Part shown: positions 13,101 to 27,169 of the stretch, in pieces
Layout: the number at the start of each line of letters is the position of its first letter
How positions within the stretch are numbered: the first letter of the stretch is position 1
Assembly: GCA_002633005.1 (NCBI GenBank)
Contig: NMRA01000035.1
Location: 897,059 to 961,058 of the forward strand
From: Phoronis australis
Taxonomy: Eukaryota; Animalia; Phoronida
DNA length: 64,000 nucleotides
Reading direction: 5' to 3'
Position numbers and translations under genes: made by a program
The notes under the pieces: model-generated
The model's database searches: none
What the model saw: the letters and a program-made list of their open reading frames with translations, nothing else
Told to the model about the DNA's origin: nothing

Positions 13101-16100
13101 GGTAGATAAAAAAATTGTAGCTAAAGTGTTGTGACGAAAAGAGTAAGTTTCTTTAAAAGCCTTTGGTAAACAAACAAGATACGTACAAATATCATCTCAC
13201 ACTATGAGACAAGCGACACATTGGCAAAAGGAAAGTTTCTGCCAATTTTACTGGCACCTTTCAAGAGGTTTTAAAAACATTTGCTCTTGAAATGGTAGTT
13301 TACACCGGCGATTGAATTGCAAACAATAAATGTGAGTTGGATTTTGGTGGGTAGGACTATAATTCATTTTGGCAAAGGTCATTTCACAGGGAGTGACTTG
13401 GCAACATTGGATCAGCTTATAACCACTTTGTAAATCCCACTTCAGTGTCGCATGTGCTTGGCCCATGCCATTCTGTTACACAATTTCCTCTCATCATACA
13501 TGGGACCTAAAATTTACAATTCCTGCAGCTTACGGTGAAACTGAATTACTTGGGGCAAGTATCACATACTACAACACAAAAGTAAAACGAAAAAAGAATA
13601 AAAATGTAAGAATACAAAGCCTTCAATTTTTTTGCAAATTGCAAGCTCTCCGACTTGCAACAAGTCCACGGTTCACGGCTTTCCTAGCCTGTTCATGACT
13701 GATTTTGAAATTTCATTAATTCATTGAACTACTGTAACAACATACTAAACAAAGTGATAGACCTTTGAAGCAAAATTTAGTTGTGCACATTGATTTGATT
13801 TTATATGTGCTAGAATAATATGATTGACAGATTCCTGTCATTATTTAATGGCTCCGTCACATGAAGCTTCTGAGCCCAATCTGGTGAGTTTACAGCAGAA
13901 GAAAGTGTTCATATTAGCCTTCAGCCGGGCAGTTATACCAAGATTTTCGGGAGCGCTGAACAGGCATGAGCATCAAAGCTCCAAAATCCCAATTTCTGAA
14001 TAAAAATCACAGAATCATACTAGGCATAAGAATAGAACTCAATCAGCAGGAACTATCAAACATTGTCCAATAAGTGACCAAGGCACTGGCACAGGAAAAA
14101 TGGAATACACCAATGTTCTTACTTTCCAAACAATACAGGTAGACAGTTTACAAACAAGAGATCATTCTCCATGCCTCAAGGTGCAAAACCCAATTACTGT
14201 CAGTTCTTGTGCTAAAATACATTATAGAATAACGTGACTTATGATCGTCGCCAAACCTCAAGTAAAACAGTGATTGTTGTGTTTACATCACTTCACAAAG
14301 TTTCGGTATCCTTGGTAAATTCGTAACTTCAGTAAGTTCTCAGAATCCCCTTTGCCAATACACTTTTGCTTAATTATACTGAGCTCTTAACAACATTATG
14401 TGAAGAAGTAAAACAGAGCTCCACATACTTTTGTCAGGTTGTCTTTCATGGAAACTCAGCCTTTTTCAGAAATTTTTTAAGCTTAGTTTGCTCCACTCTG
14501 ACAGCAAGTTTTTATTAAACATAGTTAATTTTATTGCCTATGTTATGTCACATCTCCTTCCAATCAAAAACATTTTTAAGTCTAGTCTGCATGCCACCTA
14601 TTGGCCACATCACTTGACCTAATGAATATAAGTCCGAAAAGATTTCTGCCCCCGACCGAGACTCGAACACAGGACCTTCTGCTAACCTTGCAGACACGCT
14701 AGCCACTGAGCCATCAGGACCACCAGTCAAACACAGAAATCCAATCAGACTTAGCAGTGGGCATTCGCCCATCAACTCGTGAGTGTATATGAATATGTAA
14801 ATCTTAAACCAGCATGGAAATATAGATCACAAACATTTTTAAGAATGGTCTGCACGCCACCCATTGGCTACATCACGCAACCTAATGAACATAAGGCCGA
14901 AAAGATTTCTGCCCCCGACCAGGACTCGAACCTGGGACATTCTGCTAACCGTGCAGACACTCTAGGTCACATGATGTGGCCATTAGGTGGCGTGCAGACC
15001 AGACTTAAAAATTTCGTGATCTATTTTTCCATGCCGGTTTATGATTTACATATATATTTGCACTCACGGGATGCCCACTGCTAAGTCTGATTGGATTTTT
15101 GTGTTTGACTGGTGGTCCTGATGGCTCAGTGGCTAGAGTGACTGCATGGTTAACAAAAGGTCTTGTGTTTGAGTCCAGATCGAGGACAGAGATCTTCATG
15201 AAATGTTCATTAGGTCACGTGATGTGGCCAATAGGTGGCGTGCTGACCAGACTTAACAATGTTTGTGATCTATACTTCCACACCGGTTTAAGATTTACAT
15301 ATACATCTCCTTTCAATGTTAAATACACCTTTGTATTTGCAACTTGTATATGTGGACATGGGCTGCAGCTCAGAGGTCTGGTTACCCATTACAATTGTTT
15401 CCTATTGAGGCGCATGTATCTGAAGGAAGCCAAAATACGACAATTAAAACTGTTTTTGCCAGGAAAGTTGAGCCAGTGCTGGTTTTCTAAATACAATAAA
15501 CTAGACGTTTGTCAAACAATAGAATATTAAAACTCCAGCAATAGCATGAAACCACTTATAAAAAACCCTCATTCGAAACCACCGTCACCCTTTTCAAACA
15601 AAAGCACAACCTACCTTTCAAAAATTGCTGACTTTGAAGAACATAGTATAAGAATTCTAACATGTAACAAAAATACCCGAATGTAATAAGTGTAATTATG
15701 CTCTTTTACAACAAACTCTCAGAAGTTATAAAGAAGTTGCGGTTGTAAAACACTAAGCTGAAATACGTACATGTACGACCACTACCGTAAACCCATGGTA
15801 AATGACCCGACGCCATCCTACAATGTCGCAGGACCAGGTGACGTCACAAGAGGAAGCACAAAAGTATCCATGTTGCACAGATGAGAGCGTGTTAACAACT
15901 GTATTTAGTATACTTCACACTGAAGTACTGTAAAATGTGTTAACAACTTGAGAAGGGAGTTTTATTTTGAAATGTGCCAACAAGGGAATTTTATTTTGCA
16001 ACTAGAGTGCGTGAAAATTTTTAAAACCATGCAGATGATCTTATTAAGATAATCTATCCTTTACTTAAAAAATATCTCCGCATATCATCATGAACCGAAA

Positions 16101-19100
16101 AGAATTTCATTCAAGTTGAATAAGGTTGAGACGATATCAGATTCAAACTGTCCTACCTGTTACTGAAGTAACTTAGCACTCCTCGCTCCAGAACAACCCA
16201 AAATGGCTTCCACCCAAACAGTCGGGACTTCTGCAATTATGAGGCAAACGTAACTCGAGGCGGTCACAAATGACACTATTATTTACCAGTTTTTCAGTTC
16301 CCAGTAATTTGCAATAAGATACTATCTAAACCGTTCCAAAAGCAGTTTCCATTTAATTTCACTATTACTTCAAATAGTCGTCCACAGGAAGACCACGCGG
16401 TATCACACAATCATAATTTTGGAACAATAAAGTTACGAATCACACATTGGAAGTATTAAAACAGCAAAGATTCGACAACCTGATAAAGCTTTAACTCTGC
16501 ATGGCATTGCTCATTACGAGATTCAAGATGAATTTCCAGTTACTGATCTAACGCATTGAACGATATCAAAATGTTACTTCCACTTTCCAACAGATGGCTC
16601 TTTGCAACATATCTATAAGTGGGTACGGGATATTTATGACGAAAACCTCGACAAACAGAAACTTCTAAAAAGTTAAAGGGTGAATTCAAGCCTTATCGTC
16701 AAACACCCCCAATAGCACAATAACGTTGTCAGTATTCGGGCGTTCAATGAAGACGTATCTGGACCACAAATATGAATGAAAATGCAGTCATGTCACATTT
16801 TCAAAAATTTTGCAGTCTTGCATTTTTTTGCGATTACAAAATTATGCCTGTGGATTAATCAGTTTACTCCGACAACAGTTCCATCTATTGTATGCTCCAG
16901 GGGAGTTGAGAAGGATTAAAATTGACCAGGTCCATAGCCAGGTAAAAAGTTTTGAAAAGTTTATTAATTTACACTGCTACATAAATATGGCCTTAATTAT
17001 TAAAATTATTTTTAATCTTGACAATAACATTTTTATTTTTTGTCTAGATTCAAAATGTTAAAATAATGTCACACTGAACTAGCAAATAGGGACAAATACA
17101 GTACCTTTAACAAGACACCCTCGAATCTCTGTACACTCTTCTTCAGTTCCTGAAGGGGTTCAACATCCAGCAAGTGCCTCATATGGACTGTACGACACAG
17201 GTCTAGGGGAGACTCATCTAACAACAAAAAAGAACAACATATAGCCACAACACATGTACTACTTTCCGTTTGCACCACTGACTGGCACCAAGCATAATGG
17301 GGTTTGGGTGACGACACAATTTTGCATTAACAAAACTACTATCCTGTAGTAAATATCTATTCACAGATTTATCGCGCAAGGTACCATCCAACTACTGGGG
17401 TTACTTGGTTCCCTTTCTTTGATATGATCGACTGTTGATCAACATCTCTTGAGGATCACCAAATACTTCTTCCACAACATACAATATACCTCACATGCAT
17501 GCATTACACATGCAACAAACAAAGGAAAACAAACGAGGGAAACAACATTAATGCCCTGACGGCTACACAGAAAAGAAATTGTCCAGACAATACCCCGAAA
17601 TAAAACACGCCATGGCTCTACCCGTCTCTCACCTCGCATGTTCTTGACTAGAGGATCTGCACCGTGCTGTAGCAGCAGCACCACAACCTCTTTCTGATTT
17701 CTACTGGCCGCCAGGTGGACCGCAGTGTTGCCGAATATGTCTGTGCAGTTGATGTTGGGCGGTTTGGGTTTCTTCAGCTGTGAAATCAATGCAAAGGCAA
17801 TAGGTACCATACCATCAGATCAGTAAATCAAAGCTGGCAGGTGACCTAATTTCAGCATGACTATTTTTGTGCAATGACTTAACAAAATGTACGCTATGAG
17901 CAGGCATTGATAAAAACAATCTTATCGCATGATGTGGCTTATATATTTAAAGCAACAACACGATGATTTGGACTATCATAGTTACCTTGATTTCTTAAAC
18001 ACACAGTGGTATCTCGCTGGTTCCCAGCGTTTCTGATTGGCTGGTCGAATTTTCAAACAGGTAGCGCTTTACGCAAACAAACTGGCATGACTGATGGAGG
18101 AAGTGTAAATATGATCTGTTGTACAGAAAAATCGGTGCTTAAAATTCATGTTCAAGAAATGTCAATCCCAGAAAATTGTGGTTGCGCCTTTTCGGAGTGC
18201 ACCTTTCTACTGTCGCTGACTTTTGTTTACGTTGCTGTACTGTATTCATACAGTATGTATAACACACCGGTTATTGAAACAAAATAGTTGCATGACAAGG
18301 TTAAAAATCATTCATAGTCTGCTATTTTCTCTCTTTGTTGTAAAGCTAACCCATGACTGCCGTGGTTACATCAACCAGTTATAAAGCGCATGCTACTGAA
18401 TGATACCCACCTGTGATCTCTACACGTAGGGAACCAGCAAGACAGTCATTTATGTGGTAGAAACAGCAAGTATACCCCCATTGTTATTATCAAACAAAAA
18501 GCAAAATGATGTTATATTACATCAACTTACAAGTGAAGATAGTGTCTCCATATCTCCATCTCTGGACGCTACTAACAGTGCATGTTCTAAAGAGCGGGAC
18601 TCAAACTTTTCAGCAGCTACAATAAAAAACATTCATTTAATAAGCTTATTATCAAAGTAGTCAAACTTTAGCTTATGAGCACGCTCCTACAATTCAGAAC
18701 AAGTAGCCTCATAAACCACCATCCTAAAATAAGCTCTATTTTGTCTGGTATACAATTAAGAATACCTTTCATCTTCACTTCAATTATAACTTCATGAAAC
18801 GAGGTTTAACCCAAATTAAATTAGCAAATCCTATTCCTAAAAGATGCGCTTTCAACTTGACATTATTTGTCAACATAAAGAAAGTTCCAACACTGAATCA
18901 CTAGTTTTGAAATTTCTGGTCGTGCAGCAACAAAATGGCCGCCTCAATTAAAAGATGCTGAACTTCACTTCTATAAGAGAACTTCGAACTAATGATAGCA
19001 AAAGAATTGAAGGACTGTCATTTACGAAATAATTATAGTCTAGCAACATTTCTCGATTCATAAAACTAATTCAGAGCATTAAACTAATGAAAACAGAAGG

Positions 19101-22100
19101 AAATAGAATCTTGTTTTAAATGATTACAACACGGAACTGATGAGTTTATTGCTTCCCTTTTGATAGCTGCAATCACTAACACAAAATGTGATGTAATCCA
19201 ACATGAAGTTGGTTAATTTCTCTCGCATTACTAACAGTTCCATCATTTGCTTTGGTCAAATCTGATATGTGCAACTAGCAAAAATGCTGTTGTGAATCAC
19301 GAACTAGACTAAACCGTGACGTGACCCCCTCTTCAGCCATCAACATAAGTAGCAACAAATTTTCCGTCATTTGTAAGTACTATATCATACCTACTAGACG
19401 ATGTTCTGGGAAACTGCAGACATTTATAACGTTACAATTAATTTTGGCCATTATTCTTGTCCAAAATTGGTGAGATTTTACCTCAAAGACCCTTTATCAG
19501 TGATAGTACAATATACAGTGCATGTACTACTAAACACACCATCAATCATGTCCTTGATTTCTTTACTCTTTGTGACATTCTTCGCATAGTTGCCTTCAGC
19601 ATTTACAACGCTGATGTCAGCGTTATTCTTCAACAGAATACCCACAATATCCTGTAAAAATAGCAGAAATTTGCAAAATAAAACATGTAAAGTGCAATTG
19701 GATGTACATAAATTAGGCTCATAGCCTTTCAAGTGTATTTTTAAAATATTTGTTCATGTTACAACATCGCCGTATGTGCCATCTTCCACGTCGCTGCTTC
19801 TCTAGTCCTGGTCAACAGTACCATCCACTTAAAAAATTGCACATAGCTAAAAAGCAATTGGTTATCTGGTCTTTCTTTTTTTGGAATGTGATGCGGTACT
19901 ATTTTTAGTAACCCATTTTCTAAAAAAATACATATGAAATGAGCAAAAAAGGGTAATAGTCACTTAAAGGGGTCCTGCATTTTGAGAACCAGTTTTCTCC
20001 CTTCAATAGCAGGCATCAAACTGGTTCTCAAAATCCGGGACCCATGTAAGTGACTATAGCCCAAAAATGAATGCAGGTCTTGCTTTTACACGACTCAACC
20101 AGTTTTAATGCTGCAGTGATGCTATTGCTCATCAAATGGTGGGAGAGGGGCAGCTGACACTCATGCATGCAAGGCAGCGCATCAATTGGTAATAAACTTT
20201 TATTAAAAAACTAGAAGATACAGTAACAAGAGTTAAGCCCAGAAAGTGCTAGAAAACAGTACATCTGGGCAGCAATAGACTTTTAGCAAAATGCGAAGCA
20301 ATGTGGATTTTTGTCCCACTACTTGCAAGCCATGAAGCTAATCTGTAACTGGAACCGTCTGAAATCGTAAGACCTCATGGTGGTTTACCATATGAAAAGC
20401 TATTATGAGTGGTTATGAAACAAGGTGTCGAATTTGTCCCACTTCTCTTCCCTGTAGAAGAAACCAGTCGACTCTTATGTCTCACTTGTCAAGTCAAGGC
20501 GCTCAAAACCTCGCAACTGTACATTTGACTGTACTTCGGGAGCAAGTTTTCGGTTATACAGAATTTGGTAAACGCACGACACTTTTTCATTGTTCACATT
20601 TTATCTTCACTTGAGAATGAAACAAGTATGTTTCGAAATATCGTGTGTCTTTTAATTATGTCACTAGGTCAGTTACTGTATCTATGTTCAGTTGAGAGTA
20701 GAGTTTTGTTCCGAAAGTATGAACGCAACGCAATAAAGACTGTGAACAATGAAAAGTGTTGTGCGTTAAACAAATTCTGTATAACCAAAAACTGTACATT
20801 TGTGAAACTTTTCAAAACATAATTTCAAGACCATGGCAGATATTGGTGTGTGGCCACTTTTTTTCTTTCGATTGTGACATGCAGGTTTCAAAATAAGTCA
20901 GCGGTAGACATCAGAACCAACTGGTATTCGGCCAATACACGAACATTCCTCAAAACCAAGAAGCAAATATTAATGTTAGAGTTGGTGTTCCCAATAATTT
21001 TCAGCGAGTGTATGAAATGAATGATTCTGATCTAAATCGTCAGACACTGAAAACTGCCCATACTTGATGCTGCGCTTCACATCATTTTTAAAATTTGTCA
21101 GTAATTAACTTAACTGACTTTAAAGCTTATATAGTGTGAATTAGGAAAAATTGAACCGAAGTCAGATAACTGTATATTTAGCTATACTACATGAACGTCA
21201 TGAATAATCAGCAGTTTACTTAACGTGCCTCAAAAGGTGACGATGTCCATGCTGAACTGATCTGTTTTCTTATGGATAGCTAGACTTTAAAGTTCACATT
21301 TTTAACACACCAAAATACCATTAAGGTAGTAAGCTACCTTTGTTACCCAGGATTGAATTTTAAAAAAAAATTTAAGCATTAAAATATTATCTACCTTTAA
21401 AACTACATGTTTTTAAAATGCTAGATCCTCACAGAATCTTTTCATGTGCACAAAAGCAATCCCTCGGTACTCATAATCACATTATGTTATTTTTTCATCA
21501 ATAGTGATTTTTCACGGAGATCACCATATTTTCCTCGAACACGAATTCTTTGCAGGCAAAAAAGTTAACGCTTGTAAAAATTACAGTGTTCTCTGAGAAC
21601 AATCAAGACCTTTTAGAAAAAGTGCTGTCAAATGATTATAAGCATCTGTGACCTGGGATTTTAAAAATGTAATACCTTATGGGTCCAAGTTTAATACTTA
21701 AAAAAGTTATTTAAGAAACTTGGTCCTTAGTAATAAAGCAGCAGAATACAACCATGCCACCCACCTCTCTACCCGTGTAGGCCGCCTTGTGTAGCGGTGT
21801 GTCACCTGTGTTGTTTGTCAACATGTTCACGTCTGCACCGTTCTGAAAACAGGGAAAGCTACAGAATGGCACTTTCAACATTTTGTGCTCACTGTGATGT
21901 TTAACATACTTTGTGCTCACATTTATATGCCACAGGTATGCTCATGTAACAATGGGACAAAATCTCACATCCATTAACGTCACATTCGTTACCATACTAA
22001 TTTTTTTAAAAAGCCATGTTTTATCAATTTGAGAATTTTTACGAAAACTTCACTTTAAAACTCCATAAGAATATGAAACAGTATGTTTTCAAAAAATGCA

Positions 22101-24140
22101 TTTCAATTCAAACACTTACAGGGAGAGCAGACTTTTGACCAGATTTGAAAATTACTGACCTGCCATTTTGGTCACATCTGTTACCGCAGTTAAGAAGATC
22201 GCTATTCCTAATTATATAAATAATTCTAACTTTCACTTTCCAAAAGCACTTTTATGGTCAGGAGCTATATGCTAATACAAAAATAAATTTCTTCTTGCAT
22301 TTAGCTTGCTTTTCATAAAGGATTAAAAAGTCAAAATGTCACCTCCGTTACCAAACGAATACTATGAAATGCATCAAAATTGAAAATCAGAGTGTGGGCT
22401 TGAACTCAAGCGTAACAGAACATAAACTGTTGAACATGGAAACTGTTAAAAATTCTTGCATTAAAATATTCACGCCTGCACTACACGGGAGTCGAAACAC
22501 GAAATAACATTTAAGTAAGACAACTTTCATCGCAACCTGGTCAGCACATCATCCGTGGCCACATCATGTGACCTAAGTCTGAAAAGATTTCTGTTCAAAT
22601 TAGGACTCAGACTAGGGACCTTCTGCTAACCGTGCAGACACTCTAGTCCACTGAACCATAGCGACCAGCCGTTGAATACAGAAATCCAATCAGTGGGCAT
22701 TTGGCCTTTGAACTCCAGAGTGTATACAACTATTATACATTTATTTATCACCTGAAATGATTTCCGGGTTTGGAAAGAACTGACATATATTGCTAATGCT
22801 TGAGACAGGATCATGAAGATAGCTTGTCACAGAGGGTCATTATATCTGCTAAGAAATGGTCTCAAGCAATTATAGAAGGTCAGTTCTTTCCAAGCATAGA
22901 AATGAATTCTCGTGCGAGTAGTGAGTGAACACCAAGCTGGAGCCAGTTTTATAGCTGTAAGTCATCTAATCAAAGTTTTTGTTTCTTTGATGTAATAACA
23001 CAGAGTTATTAGTAGTTTTGAAATTAGCCAAAAGCAAGACTTCCTTACACGTGATCCAATCTATTCAAGTCAACAAGGAAAAGTAGTTAACCCTGATAAC
23101 ACGTGAATAGAAAAAAAATAAATTAATAACAATGGAAATGAAAGTGAAAATGCCTGTAGCAAATGAAACCACAAAGAAACAAAAAAAAACACTTCAATTG
23201 GTGCATTCCTGGAATAATCAACAATTCAACCAATGAAAACACCTCATCACAAATTAAGCTAAATTGCTTCGTAGAAAGTAAAAGAAACCCGAGGGGTTTG
23301 AGCTAAAAAGAGTAGGTCACGTCTTAATGTCAATCATTTCAGTTATTCCTTGTTGAAGGTTCAACATCTCAGAGCTTAACATACAGACAACTGCCAGCTA
23401 ACACAATCTAGCCACTAACAGCACACACGTATTCATGTAACGGTTTTGCAGCATACGCTTAGATGTACCATTTGAACATCCTCGGAAATAGGCTTGAAAC
23501 AAAACAACAGTAAGCACATCTATATAAAATAATCTAGTTTAGTAAATGCAGGCATAACAGGTGAGACACAAAGATAAAACACAGGATTCACTACAAACCT
23601 CCAAGAGAAATACGACTACGTCCAAGTGTCCGAAGTAGCTTGCAAGATGTAAAGGTGTCCATCCCCTGTTGGATTTGGTCGTACCTAGAACGTCAAGAAT
23701 GGACTCCAGTTGTTGTCTCATTTCAAGGTAGATTGAAGGCAGGAAGTTATGAAAACTTAATGAGAATAACACCGAGAGAATTTGACTTAGGGAAGTACAC
23801 AATAAAGCTCCATCAATTCAAAACAAAATATGTGAAGTTTTATCTATAATTTCTCAACAAAAACAACTAACAAGTGAATTTTGTTTCATTGACTTTTCGT
23901 TTCAGGTATACGGACTTCACACCAACCTTTACAGTTTACATCTAACTCTATTGTTCCATCGTCTCTGGCCTTCACCAATTCAGTGACTGCTGTGAGGTCG
24001 CCATGGCGACAGGAATATAACAGAAAGTGATGGGCACCGACGTCGCTGTCATCAGCCAATGACTGATCTAGGCTGTCTTCAAAGCCACTTGTACTAAGCC
24101 CTAGCAGACTGAGGTTACTGCTGGCACGGTCACGCTCCAT
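4112..24140 (-). CDS. OSBPL1A: Oxysterol-binding protein-related protein 1 (ORP1L-type; ankyrin repeats + PH domain), 5' portion; the gene continues beyond the left edge
   Basis: Exons traced with GT-AG sites in one continuous frame: 23927-24140 (ATG), 23599-23684, 21765-21842, 19540-19651, 18531-18616, 17633-17777, 17105-17217, 16157-16230, 8571-8634, 5517-5606, 4112-4240 (397 codons). 'VNCKG-TTKSNRGWTPLHLASYFGH' resembles human ORP1L 'CKGRSKSNLGWTPLHLACYFGH'. Further ankyrin repeats (GDTPLHKAAYTGR, GNTAVHLAASRN) are followed by a PH domain (RFEGVLLK-KSRLFGWKPFWVVLERGVLSYF ... RQ-KWIVAL). The ORD domain is not in the window. Confidence 0.9.
5149..5263. mobile_element. MITE-like element of about 115 bp with inverted arms of about 33 bp
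   Basis: aaagaactgacagttcgttattccttgagacca ... tggtctcaagcaataaccaagtgtcagttcttt. A second copy lies at about 22772-22895 and a partial arm at about 60800-60820. Confidence 0.75.
5690..6190 (+). mobile_element. Dispersed repeat of about 500 bp, copy 1
   Basis: Collinear with 63013-63560 (e.g. taaagatttttaatttctgttgatatcaaaa; ctagacgttgcgagatggtact); internal palindrome aaactctgtggtaaccacagagttt. Confidence 0.85.
10049..10159. repeat. Small inverted-repeat element (14-bp arms actgaagtttcggt/accgaaacttcagt)
   Basis: Perfect 14-bp inverted repeat enclosing an internal aggttaact...agttaacct hairpin. Confidence 0.6.
14570..15305. repeat. tRNA-derived repeat of about 260 bp: about 1.5 tandem copies (-) abutting about 1.3 inverted copies (+)
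   Basis: The monomer repeats from about 14571 to about 14834, and orientation flips at about 14965. It contains the tRNA-like GGTCCTGATGGCTCAGTGGCTAG (A box) ... GTTCGAGTC (B box) with a non-canonical anticodon loop. Confidence 0.85.
19969..20045. repeat. Hairpin-forming dispersed repeat of about 75 bp (TTTTGAGAACCAGTTT...AAACTGGTTCTCAAAA)
   Basis: Full or partial copies also at about 225-250, 1030-1088, 37257-37328 and 45020-45085. Confidence 0.85.
22545..22720 (-). mobile_element. Dispersed copy of the same tRNA-derived repeat (SINE-like)
   Basis: ggccacatca..gaccta..gaaaagatttctg..ggaccttctgctaaccgtgcagacactctag..cagaaatccaatcag matches 14600-14750. Confidence 0.8.
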
Positions 24141-24744
24141 TTTCCACTACTCAGGTCATCAAAAAATCTGCATAAGGTTTAGAACAAATGACTATAGTTA
24201 AAATACAAATAAATGTAGGCAGTCTGGTACATGTTGTACCAGATATGCGCAGGTAACCCTTTGCTCGCAATTCATTCAAGACACAAGATGACACAAATAC
24301 TAGCATAAAAGATCACCCTCAAAAAATTATTCTCAATGTTATTTGACATCCGTGTGAGACTTTCTAAGCCAAATCGCCCTTTTAACAGGAATGGAATGGC
24401 CGACTATCTCAATAAAAATGGCTAGTACTATAAAAAGGTCCTAGTTTGGAAATGTGAAAAATTAATTATTTTGCTCAAGGACAGAGTTTGTACCAAATTT
24501 TAGAAATAACCAATATTTACTATTTCAAATACAAGAATTACACTTGATGACTCATTTATTTCGATGTTTCACGCTACTAGGATGCATCAGCAGCTATTTT
24601 TAACTATTTTGGACAATGTTGATGCAAAATGGAGTGTGCAAAATTTGAGGAAAACAATGAACGCCAAAACCGACAGTGTCCCAATCTTCAGAATCTAAGA
24701 AAATTGTTTACACTGCGTGTGCCATGAGTTATGATGTCATATCC

Positions 24745-25000
24745 GCTGGCGTGTGTAGTGTAAAAATGCCCAGTTGCTGATTTGGGAAACTGAACGAAGA
24801 ACTGCTTGAAGAAAAAGTTTGATAACGAGAGTATTTTTTCGAGATGGAAGGAATTAAAGACATCGACGGACTCCTAAGGTGTCCCTCTATGTGCCAAAGG
24901 CACTGTAACAATGTGACTTTGATTTTTCAGTCAGTGTGAGGTATAATTCGTTGAAAAGCTTGAGGCATATGAAGTGCCTATAGGAGCTTCACTGCCTGTA
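24745..25000 (+). mobile_element. Dispersed repeat of about 250 bp, copy 1
   Basis: Matches 51405-51660 (tgcttgaagaaaaagtttgataa; ctcctaaggtgtccctctatgtgc; agtcagtgtgagg). Confidence 0.8.
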
Positions 25001-26164
25001 GTTCAACCAAGGAGTGCATGTTGAATAGGAGAGTTCATTCCGCCATCTTTCTATTCGCTGCAATGGTTATCAGTCGAAAAACTAGCACCCCAAGCGGCGA
25101 ATAAGCAATACTTATTTAATGGCGCAATCCAAACCATGTAAACACTAATAAATTCATACTTTAATGACGTCGACGAGTAATAACATTGCTGTGTGATTGA
25201 AAATGGGTAATGGACGTTAGTTATAATCCACTCAACAATTTTGAATGTGTTCCTTCTTGAATACACCAGGCTGCTATCAGTGCAGACAATTGGTTTGGAC
25301 AGTATGTGTAATACAAGTAAGAAGGAGAAAGCAAGACAATTCATCACTACCATAACACTGTATTCCATTCTGATGCTCCCTCACATATAATTTTAGTAGA
25401 CGTACATTGACAACAAAGAATATCTACAGAAGGCAGAGCATAGCCCGCACAGTATCCTACACAGCAGACGACAGCGGCACCAGGACTGTGATTGAGTTGT
25501 CTTCCAACCGAGAACAGAACACACAAAATGAAAGACATTGTAACATATTATTAAACAACAAATAAACCTCGTCTTTCTTGATCCCTAGGAAACATAAAAA
25601 ATGACACGTCTAGGATTTTCATTGATGAAATAGTGCAATTTATCGCACTGCTAAAATAAAATGCACCCTTCCCCATTGTTTCTTGCACTTCCTACTTAAT
25701 CGTTGCTTATCCACCACTTGGTGGTGCTAGTAGTAGCGATAGCAGCAAACTCACAAGTGAACTCTCCCATTGTACTACACTCTTTGCTTTAACTAAAATG
25801 ACACTGGTTGATGACTGATTGTCACACACTATGAATTTAAGAGTAACTTCACTAGTTTCCTGTTTTTCAGTGGGGGGGGGGTGGTTTCAGATATTGGGGC
25901 CACTAGAAATTTTACCAGTATGAAACATTTAGTCAGCTTTCAACAACATGAAGAAGATTTCAAATGTCTCAAACAGACCACAATGCTTTTCAATAACACG
26001 AAGATGTCAAATGTCTCAAACGGACCACAGCCACCTTTAATCAGTCGACGATATAGGTCTACAGTTATAGTCCGTTATACCGACATACCATTCATTCTCT
26101 GTCCGATTCCGTTTTCCTTTCAATTTCCCTCAGTGATTTAAGAAAAGATATGAAATCAACTTAC

Positions 26165-26400
26165 CGCAGAAGGGCCTTCCTACTAGCAGAGAATGAAGAC
26201 GGGCAAAATCGCACGAAGTTCGTAACCGATTAAAGCATTAAAATACTGATTAAGCTCCAAAACGCAAAATAAAACCACTTCCCCAAACTTTGCCCAAGCC
26301 GCTAGACGAACAGACAGATTGTGATAAGTAGGTCACATGTGATTTCCAGAAATAGACCATCAAAACAAAACACGTCACGCCCACACATCTCTGGTCATTA
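26165..26400 (-). promoter_or_regulatory. Probable non-coding first exon and promoter of the OSBPL1A-like gene
   Basis: Consensus donor CG|GTAAGT at 26165/26164, upstream of the acceptor at 24168-24169 that precedes the ATG exon. The region is locally CpG-richer, with E-box (GTCACATGTGA about 26332) and CACGTCACGCCC motifs. The TSS position is inferred. Confidence 0.5.
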
Positions 26401-27169
26401 TCCAAAAGGAGAGTGTTATTTACTTGGAAGTAGAAAATCAAGGTGTTGAATATATTGTCTTGAAAGTATCTGTACCCAAAGAAAAATGGTCATCTATATA
26501 CACCTATCATATCTGTTAAATACTTTACAGAAAATGTACGGTGAGCTCAACTGGCAAGCAGTCGACTTAGTGGACGGTGACCACCGCCTAGTTGAGGTGA
26601 CTTTGTTTCATGCTGACCTGAAGGTAGCCTTGGTACAAAGCTGTATATAAATATTTTGACGACAGTCTTCATACAGCTTGGTGGCTGGCTAACCTGAAGG
26701 TTGATGCTCTAAATTAAATCTTCAAATGTGCTAACTGAATTACTGCAAATAGCCTTTCTTATGCAATCGCGGATCCGTCTTCTTAAAAGGCACGTCGAGT
26801 GTTCAACAGCTGGGGCTTTACACATTAGGAAACTTTTAATTTCGACACTGTTTTAAGTGATCATTTTTATGAGAGCACTGAGCTTACGTATATGACTGGA
26901 AAATCAAGAAATGTTGTTATTATAAAGCAATGCTCAGGAGAAATTACAATAGATTCCCATCTTTTAGCTACAGGGACACACACACAGGAGGCAGCGAAAT
27001 CTCGGCATTGCCATCAACCGAAAATTATTGAGTTGCGCTTCCAATCGAGCTGTGAGCAAGATAATCGCAGATCGCTATGAAACTGTCAAGCATTTTGTAT
27101 AAGACTCGATACAGAGTGTTGGCTTCAAGTTAAATGTTAACAACAATGTCTTAACTAATGTTCTGTGTA

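Noticed and set aside
14640-14725. Functional tRNA gene (also 15110-15190 and 22590-22670)
   Set aside because: The anticodon loop lacks the canonical YU-NNN-R pattern, the acceptor stem is imperfect, and the copies are diverged and embedded in a larger repeat monomer.
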